Positions 48,419 through 58,996 of a stretch of 64,000 nucleotides of DNA are shown one piece after another. Both the position numbers and the translations under genes were made by a program. Position 1 is the first letter of the stretch. Each line of letters begins with the position of its first letter. Source of the DNA: Ranitomeya imitator (lineage: Eukaryota); assembly GCF_032444005.1 (NCBI RefSeq), contig NC_091288.1, positions 16,120,001-16,184,000 of the forward strand, written 5' to 3'. The notes below the pieces were generated by a model. That model ran no database searches. It worked only from the letters and a program-made list of their open reading frames with translations, and was not told the origin of the DNA.

Positions 48419-51206
48419 TAAACGTAGGTCGTTACATTCTAGACGAAGGCCAATGTTTTGTTTTTTTAACAAGTATTGGTTAAAGAAATTGAAATAATGG
48501 CAGAAAATAATGTTCTAGAATCTCAATGACTTAACCCTATAAATATACAATTTTTTTGTGTCCTTTTACGCCATGAAAAAGAGGGTAAAACAATATGATG
48601 ATTATATCACTACATGTACCATACATTATTGATTTCATAATCATAGCTCAGATCAGAGATACCAAAATCGACCATTATTACCATTTGCATATAGTAATTA
48701 TAAATGTAATCCACCTATCGTTCGCTGCCTGGAAACCATCGAGAAATTCATTTTGGTTGAATTAATTCTCATCTCAGCAATGAACCTGCATTTTGATGTT
48801 TTCCATGTAAAATCTACATAGAAGCCGATACCTGCAGTTATCATTTTACTTTGTAAACCAAATAAATTACAATTGTTCTTGCGAGACTCTGTATTCTCCC
48901 TTATAACGTAATTGTAAAATTATTAGCCAAGAGGAGGATGAACCGCACTGCAGACTATGGATGAACTTATAGAATAGACTTTATTTAAATCAGTACCTCA
49001 AAAATCACTGCAGCATTGCAGGAATGGTTTTGGACCGAAAACATGTGTTTTTTTCAGGTTCTATGAGAAGGTTTAAGGGCAGCATTGTCTCTTATTGATG
49101 TCTACTCTACTTCTGGGTAAGAAGGATAACTATGGGCCTAATAATCTGAGACACAATTTAAAAAAAAAACCTTCTGGTCCAAGTGACATGTGATGTGAGT
49201 GATCAGTGATATATGAGCCATTACATTATAAAGCAGAAATGCCAAAGGTCTAAAATATAAGATGCCACTAAGTAGTGAGGTCTGAAGAGCTGCTCATTAA
49301 GAGTAGGGTTGACACTTGACAGTTTGGTGTCAGCATTAGCATGTGTGCACAGAGAACATAAAATATTCTTGTTGTCCCATCAGTAGAGGTCAGACACTTG
49401 CAGAAGAATAGCCTGTCAGAACGAAGGAGATGATGTGGTGCCCAGAATTAAAAGTCTGCATTACAGCTATCTAAAAGTGGGGGTGAGTAGTGTTTGTTAT
49501 ATATGGTTCCCACAACAAAAATGAGGGCCTCAGAGAAGCCAGAAGTAAAGCAGGAGTATCAGCTTGTACTGGCGGTATAGTCTGTCCCAGGCGAGAAGAT
49601 CTGCCCTTCAGTATGTGAGTACTGTCGCTAAGAAAATAGCACAAGGAGATCTTCCATGGGTGGGAGCATAGAGGTAAGTTAACCGTGAGTGAAGAGTGCA
49701 TCTTCTGACAGAGTGAAGGTAGAGTTGTTTGAAAAAGTGTTGGGGGCAAACACTTTTTCACACAACTGCAAGCCACCATAAAGCCAAAGATCTGCCACAG
49801 AAAAGGAGAACATATTAGCTAATGTCACGTCACTTTTAAGATTGCATTTTCGGTTCTACTGACGACATTATAATGATCTGTATAATTATAATTGAAACTT
49901 ATTGAGATGAACCTCAGCTTCCCAGATTTGTGGTCTCCTGAACTTCATTCTGTTTCCTATATTATTATTTGAAGATCTGTATAAGGCCGGAGTCACACTA
50001 GAGAGAAATATGGACGAGTGCTATGTGATAAAACATATCGATGTATGTAAGATATTGGGTAATATTGGGGCCACAATACGTAAGCTGGCAACCCACATCA
50101 AGGGTTCTTACATTTTGCCAGTCCTAATGCTAAACATTAAACAAAGCTCACAGACACTAAAAGAGGACTTAAAAAATCCTCCAAAAATTTTTAAAAAGTC
50201 ACAGAAAAAGGCAGAGATGATTACCTTGCTTGTGTGAATAATGCCACATACAGACTATTATTTTTTATCTTTTTGTGCACTAAAATACCAAACAGCCAAC
50301 ACTGGATTGAAAGTGGTTGTTTCATCGGTATGGCTGCACCTGTGCTTCTGCCATCATTAATCGGGTCTGCTGCACCCTGCCAGTGCATTTGTTTTGTAGG
50401 CCTGAGCAGGTAATCATCTCTGCTTTTTTTCTCTGTGACTTTTTTCAAATTTTTGGAGGATTTTTTAAGTCCTCTTTTTGTGTCTGTGAGCTTCCCTTCA
50501 GATGGATTTACATCGTGGGACGTGACTGTACGGCGGACAGATATGGGATATTGTTGCTTTTTTATTTTCCTTTTTTTTCAGAAGAATGAGGGTTGTCAGT
50601 TGAATTGAGCGTACAATAAAGATATTAAAACCCCATGTGTTTTTTTATTTCATTAAAATACTTTATTCATAATGTGTTTGTGTTTTTTAACCCTTTACTA
50701 CTATTGGATTAATAATGGATAGGCGTCTTATTGACATCTCTACATTATTAACCAGGCTTAATGTTACCTTACACTACCAAGGTGACATTAACCCTTTATT
50801 ACCCCATATCCCACCGCTACAGGGGAGTGGGAAGAGAGTGGCTAAGTGCCAGAGTGGGCGCATCTTCCAGATGTGCCTTTTCTGTGGTGGCTTGGGGCAG
50901 ATGTTTTTAGCCCTCAGTCACTGGCTTTCCCACTCTGGAGGAGAAAATTGCGCCGGCGCCCACACCATTTTTTTCCGTGAATTAATCCTTTAATTTAACA
51001 CCTACAGCTCCAAAATTTAACACACACATAGTACTAACATTATTAATCAATCAGGGACATATAAAAATCTAACAGATATGCATTGGTTTACTGTATGTAA
51101 ACCATGTCTCATATCCTGTCGGGTTCTGTAATGATTTTACAGAAGCCGAGAATTGATTTTTCACCTATTCTGCTATCTATCTCTGTATAAAATATATATC
51201 TATATA

Positions 51207-52731
51207 CCGTATATAGTCGAGTATAAGCCGACCGGAGTATAAGCCGACCCCCCTAATTTTGCCACAAAAAACTGGGAAAACTTATTGACTTGAGTATAAG
51301 CCAAGGGTGGAAATGCAGCATTTACCGGTGAATTTTAAAAAATAAAAATAGATCATTATTTCCCCATAGATGTACCATATAGTGCTCTGTACCGTTCATA
51401 TTTCCCCATAGCTGTGCCATATAGTGCTCTGCGCCGTTCATTTTTGCCCCATAGCTGTGCCATATAGTGCTCTGCACCGTTCATATTTCCCCTTAGCTGT
51501 GCCATATAGTGCTCTGCACCGTTCATTATTGCCCCATAGCTGTGCCATATAGTGCTCTGCACCGTTCATATTCCCCCTTGGCTGTGCCATATAGTGCTTT
51601 GCACCGTTCATATTTCCCCATAGCTGTGCCATATAGTGCTCTGCACCGTTCATATTTCCCCATAGCTGTGCCATATAGTGCTCTGCACCGTTCATATTTC
51701 CCCATAGCTGTGCCATATAGTGCTCTGCACCGTTCATATTTTCCCATATCTGCCCCATATAGTGCTCTGCACCGTTCATATTGCCCCATATCTGCCCCAT
51801 ATAGTGCTCTGCACCGTTCATATTGCCCCATATCTGCCCCATATAGTGCTCTGCACCGTTCATATTGCCCCATATCTGCCCCATATAGTGCTCTGCACCG
51901 TTCATATTGCCCCATATCTGCCCCATATAGTGCTCTGCACTGTTCATATTGCCCCATAGCTGTGCCATATAGTGTTCTGCACCGTTCCTATTGCCGCATA
52001 TCTGCCCCATATAGTGTTCTGCACCGTTCCTATTGCCCCATATCTGCCCCATATAGTGCTCTGGACCGTTCATATTGCCCCATAGATGCTCGGTATAAAT
52101 CTGTGCCGCCGCTGCTGCTGCAATAAAAAAAAAAGCCATACTCACCTCTCTTGATTGCAGCTCCCGGCGTCTCGTCCCGGCGTCTCTCCGCTCTGAGTGA
52201 TCAGGTAGAGGGCGCCGCGCACACTATATGCGTCATCGCGCCCTCTGACCTGCACAGTCAGAGCGCAGATAGACGCCGGGAAGATGGAGCGGCGCTCGGC
52301 GGCTGGAACGGCGCTCAGCGGCTGGAACGCGGACAGGTGAATATTACATACTTACCTGGTCCCGACGTCCGGCTCCCCCTGCCGTCTCACGGTCTTCTGT
52401 GCTGCAGCTTCTTCCCCTTTTCAGCAGTCACTGGCACCGCCGATTAGAGAAATGAATAGGCGGCTCCACCCCTATGGGAGGTGGAGCCGCTTATTCATTT
52501 CTCTAATGAGCGGTCCCATGTGACCGCTGAACAGTGGAAGAACTGTAGCACCGAAGACCTGGGACAGGCGGGGAGCGCCAGGATCGCTGGGACTAGGTAA
52601 GTATACCTCAGCGCCCTCACCCCCTCACCCGCCGACCCCACAGCTACCGTGACTCGAGTATAAGCCGAGAGGGGCACTTTCAGCCCAAAAATTTGGGCTG
52701 AAAATCTCCGCTTATACTCGAGTATATACGG
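51207..52731. mobile_element. TcMar/Tc2-like non-autonomous element
   Basis: TA|CCGTATATAGTCGAGTATAAGC ... GCTTATACTCGAGTATATACGG|TA. Confidence 0.8.
51360..52085. repeat. 30-bp minisatellite (ccccatagctgtgccatatagtgctctgcaccgttcatatt-like units)
   Basis: More than 20 head-to-tail units in two subtypes, inside the Tc2-like element. Confidence 0.95.
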
Positions 52732-53979
52732 TATGTGTCTCACTTACATATATGTAGAGAGAGAGAGACTGTATATATATTTTCACAAATATTTGAGGTC
52801 ATGGACACATTATTTGTCCATTTTGCAAGCCAGTGAGAAAATCTCGCTGTACGGATGCCATACACATGTCACACGGATACTTTGATGTGAGGAAATCGCA
52901 TCCTCACATTGCAGACTGATGACATACAGATCACGGTTCATGAAACATTTGTGCGATTCTTGTCCGTGAAAAACCGTGACCGCGACATCATCGAAGGTCC
53001 TTCACTCTCTGCATTCTTAGGAACGGAGGCAGACGCTTGCAGTGCTGAGAGCCAGGGTTCGTCGGAGGGCTGAGTATATCCATATTTTTTATTTTTATTC
53101 TTTATTTTTTACATGAATATGGATCCCAGGGCCTGAAGGAGAATCTCCTCTCCTCCAGACCATGGGAACCACACGCCGTATAAGATGACCCACGTCTTAT
53201 ACGACGGGTATATCCCAAATTCCATATTTTATATGGAAAAGTTGGGGGTCGTCTTATACGCCCAGTCGTCTTATACACCAGAAAATACTGTATGTCGCTT
53301 ATACCTCATGGTGATAGGGATAATATTTCAATTAAAAAAAAAAAATTGTAGAATTGCTGTTTTTCCATTCCTTTCTTTGCAAAATGTGAATTCAAGTTTT
53401 TCAATACTTTATATAAAACCAGAATATGGTAATTAAAAACAACAAGCTCTAAAGAAAATTAAATTATGGCTCTTGGTGATGAAGCTCCGGATTTCAGTAC
53501 AATCATCTAATGGTGGATCTTATTTCATCTTGGAGAATTATTGCGCCGTCTTGAAGAATTATTAAGTTAATGATGCTAAATTGTAAACAAATCAAACAAT
53601 ATTAAAAGCTAAAAAAAAGTGTAAAAATAAACAATGGTCTTTGTTCTCACTGTTCTTGTGATGTTTTTCCTTTTGTGACTTGCTCATACTTTGTGTAAGT
53701 AATGGCAGTGGAGCCTTCTGTATGAAATAAAAACTACATTTCACCATTGAGCAACAGCATTGAAAAATTAAAATGTTTGCTCTGAAAACAAAACGCCAAT
53801 GACAATGGAAGGGATTTTCCGTGTGGCTATTCTGCTGTATGGGAAAAATCTGTTTACTCTGCTTCTATATGACGTAATAAAAGTTGTCTGTAGTGAAAAT
53901 GAAAGGAACTTTTTCTGCACAGAATATCAAGAAGACGTCAGAATAACTTGGACAGGTAACAATTCCTGTAGACTGGACG

Positions 53980-54641
53980 ATGATCTGGCTTCTGAAGCTC
54001 TTGTTGGTACTGGAAACAATTCAAGTGAGGCTAAAGAAGATAAAGAGAAGGACCAGGAACAATCCATGTTTTCTGAGTAAAGATGAGATAAAAGAAGCCG
54101 AAGAAGCTAAAGAACGAACCCAACGACTTTTATCTGATGCTCTGAAGAAAAAAGAAAGTCTCCTGGTGGAAGATCCCAAGGTGTTTGGAGACCTAAACTT
54201 GAAGAAGCTTTGTCCATTCCTAACCACAGATCTGGTGGAGGAGCTGATCCGAGAACTAGAGAAAGTGACGTTTGCAAAAAATAAAGATCCTAAGCAAGAT
54301 ATTGGAACTGTTGCGTATGTATACCGCGGCTCTGAAGATAGAACCATCTACCTATGTGAACTATTTTGGAAAATGGATCCAAAATTTAAGTCCCATCAAG
54401 ACACAATTATCCACGAGGTTTGCCACATTCTTGGTTATGATCATACAGTCCAGGAGAACAGTGACGGAGTGCAGAAGTCTCCACAGTCCATGTTATGTCC
54501 TCAGACCACTTTCTCGGTGGCTTCAGCCCTGACATCATCCATGGATCATCCTGGAACCTTCACAGACGGCTCCTACTCCTGCTGTGGTGAGACCTCCCGG
54601 GACACCGTGTGCGAGAAATCCTGGATCTGTAACCACATCAG
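53980..54641 (+). CDS. M35/aspzincin-like metallopeptidase gene copy 4, peptidase exon
   Basis: Acceptor ttttctgcacag|AAT at 53922. ATG at 53980 is homologous to the ATG of copy 1. Encodes AYVYRGSEDRTIYLCELFW and TIIHEVCHILGYDH. Donor AG|GTAGGT at 54641/54642. Confidence 0.8.
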
Positions 54642-55391
54642 GTAGGTGTCACATATTTATCTATTTCTAGACAGTATAATGTCTGGTGATTTACTGATCT
54701 ACTGCAAACTGCCATAAAGAGGAAAGAGCGGAGCAAGTAGGAAACATCTACAGGGTGATGAGTAGTTTTTCCCTCATATGGGACAAAGTTTCATTTTACT
54801 ACCCTCGATCTGTATCTAAATACCCTGACCAGGTGGTGTGCTGACACCCAGAATCCAGAGTGTATGCCTCTACCTATGTACGTTGGGTATATAAACAATG
54901 GGAGGGAATGTATAGAATGTATTATAAATGTGGCATATCTGTTGGCTGTCTCTGCACCAGAAAATTAAATCTAAAGCAGCTCTTGATTTTACATACTTTC
55001 TCATGGAAGTTATTCCTCTGTTCTTGGAGGGATCAAGCTCAATTTTATTAAATCCTCAATTTTATTAATTTTTTTACAAAAGTAACACAAAGGGCAAAAA
55101 GTTGAAATTTTTGACCATACCTGTCTTGTGGCAAATTTTGGAACCTGTTTATGATAAATAATAGATATCCCTCTTTGTGTTTCTATAAGTGACTCTGAGA
55201 TAGTTGCTCCAGAGCTGATAAACGCGGCTGCTGAAATTTACTTACTCCCTAGATTCAGATACAAAAGTAAAAGGTCAGGAGAAAAACTAGGACTCAAGTA
55301 AAGGCAAATTATCAGGAGAGTAAGTTCTGATTTTTAACCTTGCATCTAACTAATTTGATAATTTTTTTTAATTATTATTATTATATATCAG

Positions 55392-56130
55392 ATTGGTGAA
55401 GTTGATCGACAAAGTAGAACGTCTGTGGAAACAAATATTGCTGGTGCCGAGATGTCCTGCTGGGGATGAGACCGATACTACCAGTGATGATACAGATGCT
55501 CCGGTAGAAGAATTGGAGTCAGATACTTGTAGCGTAAAGACAGAATTTTCTTTTGAAGATCCGGATATATCTGATGACGAGATAGATGAGTCTGAGGAGC
55601 AGACAGATATTGTTATGCAGATGATAAAGAGATGGACGACTCTGGTGAAAACTCTGTCCGGTCTGTTGAAGACACAAACCAATTTGTTAGAGAAGCAGAA
55701 ATATCTGATGAAACAAATCAATCTATTGAAGATGGATAGAAATCTATTGAAGACACAGAGAAATCTATTGAAGACGAAGAGAAATCTATTGAAGAAGCAG
55801 AGAAATCTATTGAAGACGAAGAGAAATCTGTTGAGGCAGAGAAATCTATTGAGTCAGAGAAATCTATTGAGGCAGAGAAATCTATTGAGTCAGAGAAATC
55901 TATTGAAGACACAGAGAAATCTGTTAATGGCACAGGATAATGTTTTGAAGGAAGAGGACAATATGGAGAAGACACTGGACGACAAGGATGACGAGTGGGA
56001 GATACTGTTCGATATGTTTAAGACATCGGACAATGTGAAGAAAACAAAGGCGGATGTGGTGAACACCCTGAGCGATTTACTGAAGACACTGGCCGATGTG
56101 TTGGAGACACAGTATATGCAGAAACGTTGA
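55392..56130 (+). CDS. Copy 4 terminal exon: acidic linker plus 10 RNLL-type repeats
   Basis: tatatatcag|A TTG GTG AAG, in frame after a 750-bp intron. Open to TGA; spliced product 466 aa (662+739 nt). Confidence 0.8.
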
Positions 56131-57023
56131 CTATTATTGGATAGGTACAGGATGAGGTTTTGGACCAAGAATGGGGCAGAGAATTGAAATAATGGCCCCA
56201 CATTCAGAAAAAAATACACTAGAATCTCAGTGACTTAAAAATTTTTACTTTTAAAGGGTTAAGTGTCCTGTTGTGCCATAATAAAGAGGTTAAAACAATA
56301 TCATGATTTTACTACTACATGTTCTGTACATGACTGATGTTATAATCAGATCAGGAATACGACAATCGATGACCTTTATGACTATTTACATATAGTAATT
56401 ATTAATACAATCCACTTATCATTTGCAGCCTGGAAGCCAACAAGAAGTTGATTTTGGTTGACAAAAAATGCTGACACGTGTAGTTATTATTTTTAGTTTA
56501 TAAACCAAATAAGTTAAAATTGTTCTTCTCAGTTTCTGTATTTTTCCTAATAACAATAAAAAAATGATTATCCAACAAGAGTATGAACCGCAATCCTGAC
56601 TTTAGAAGAAAGTATAGAATAGACTTTATTTAATTAATCAGTATCTCACAAAGCATTGTAGCATTGCGGGAATGTTTTCAGACTGATGAAGGTCCTTCTT
56701 CAGGCTCTATGAGGAGGAATAAGGACAGCCTTGCCTCCCATTTATTTCCACACTACTTCTGGGTAAGAAGGATAGAATTGGGCTTAAATATTTATACAAT
56801 CAGATACAATTTTGAAAACTCTGGTCCAGACTGATTTTCTATGTGATACGTGAAGGATGTGAGTGATCAGTGATGTGTCGGCCATTACATAATAAAGGAG
56901 AAATGTCAAAGGTCTAAAATATGACTATACAAGATGCCACTAAGTAGTGAAAAAAAAATACTTTATAAAAGAGGATAAACGAATTTGCAAGGAAATGGAC
57001 ATCCCAGATTCTCTACTGGCTGA

Positions 57024-57607
57024 TGTTAAATTCCTATATGGTTTGAGGCCTGAGTTTCCGATCTTACTATGCTCCTGCTAAACCCTGATCTTTCCCCTCC
57101 CCCACCCCATGAGGCATGGGACAGAACTGTAATGTAAACAAGACACAAAGGCAAAACAGAGATAAAAGAAAGCCTCTACCATACAAACACACTAACCAAC
57201 AATAGGGAGGATGATAGGGACAGGGAGGAATAAACTAAATGGGAAGGGGACCAGGAGATAAACACACACATACTAAAGCAAACCACAGAACACTTCTACA
57301 GCAACTCTACTCCAACCACTTAGCTTTAGCAAACAGCACAGGGAGATGAATCTTTCACTGGCAGGGACAAGAAGGTCTGACCAGTTTATATAGGAAGAGG
57401 AAATGACCAGATCAGAAGCAGCTGAAATGGAGCTGCATGTTTCTAACCAGCATAGAAAGGGTTGTTAACCTATTTAGCACCAGAGGAAACTAAATCCCTT
57501 TAATATGGGACACAAATCACACCATCTCTAAAGAAGAACTGCGATTCATTACCCGACGTGACCGTCTAACTCCAGGTCTTCCAGGGAGACGTGACACCCT
57601 TGTGACA
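57024..57607. mobile_element. Probable solo LTR
   Basis: TGTTA...GTGACA termini and composition resembling the 34299-34959 LTR. No TSD seen. Confidence 0.4.
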
Positions 57608-58996
57608 TTATCTATTCACATCTTTTTTGCAAAAGGAATATCAAAAGAATAGAAAAACGCAACAGCACTCACCAAATATGCAGTTTCAAGTGTCCTTTAT
57701 TGCAAAACCATGCGGTACATCTTCACGGCATGGGGGAGTAGAAAAAGAGGGGTGGGAGTGCGGCAGGCGAGACGACGTCCGTTTCGCGCTACACACGAGC
57801 GCTTCTACGGGTCAATGTCCAAAACGGAAGTGACGCTAGGTTAAGTAAGTAAATGAACACGAACTCCTCCTGCGTCATCATCCAATTGGACAATAGAAAA
57901 AGTGCACAGTGTATTAAAAACAATTAAAAACAAATATATAAGCACATTACTGACATGAATAAAGCACATATACAATCCTGCAATCAAAATGCTATATGAA
58001 AACATAGTACTACGATCAAGATATTATACACAGCTGATAATCTGCAATGCCCATCGGAAGGAAAAAATTGTGACATCACAAACACACCTACCGGTGTCAT
58101 ATCGAAAAGCATGGAAAAATGTGGCACTATAACAGCACCGAAAACTGCAACAAAAAAACAAACAGTGAGAGACCGCCCTGCAAAACTGAATTACAGAAAC
58201 ACGGACATATCGATTCTGTCATTCAGGCCAGCTGGGCCAGTGGCTTTTGTCCGCAAAATCCACTTCGCCTCCTGTTATGATCCGGTGACCTTGGAGCAGC
58301 ATGAAAACTTTCACTGGAGTAGGTGGTAACTGTACTGACCGCAAATCCTGATCTTAACACCGCAACTAGAAGTAACCGTGGAGTGTACCTAACCAATCCT
58401 AGACACCTCGTCACAGCCGGAGGACTAAATACCCCTAAAGATGGAAATAGGAATTCTACCTTGCCTCAGAGCAGAACCCCAAAGGATAGGTAGCCCCCCA
58501 CAAATATTGGCTGTGAGTAGGAGAGGAAAGACACACACAGGCAGAAAACAGGATTTAGCACTAGAGGCCATTCTAGCTAAAATAGGAAAGGATAGGACAG
58601 AGTACTGTGCGGTCAGTATTAAAACCCTTCCAAAAATATCCACAGCAGATTATACAAAAATTCCTCCATCTAACTAAAAACGTGGAACGTATATCTGCAA
58701 CTCCAGAGAATCCTACACTCAGACCAGGAATACAATCAAAAAACAAGCACACAGCATGTGTGCCATAGAAAAAGAAACAGACACTTATCTTTGCTGAATT
58801 GGCAGCTAAGCAGGAGAAGCCAGGCAGAGGTCCAACACCTCCCAAGAAACATTGACAACTGGCAAGGACTAATTAGTCCTGCAAACCTAAATACCCCAGT
58901 CAGAATTGCAATCAGCAGATACACCTGTCCAGGACTGCAGCCCAGGGACAACTGCATTACCACCTACAACCACCGGAGGGAGCCCAAAAGCAGAAT

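Larger units (their letters stand above)
49985..52965. mobile_element. Composite Harbinger-like non-autonomous element (boundaries approximate)
   Basis: TAA|GGCCGGAGTCACACTAG start, and an internal inverted repeat at 50160-50230 vs 50405-50480. Hosts a nested Tc2-like element; the right TIR was not found. Confidence 0.4.

Noticed and set aside
51356-52145. Long ORFs (235, 205 and 143 aa) on both strands
   Set aside because: Products of a 30-bp minisatellite inside a non-autonomous Tc2-like element.
18047-54347. Antisense ORFs 18047-18412, 33114-33668 and 54021-54347
   Set aside because: Shadow frames of the peptidase exons with no independent motifs.
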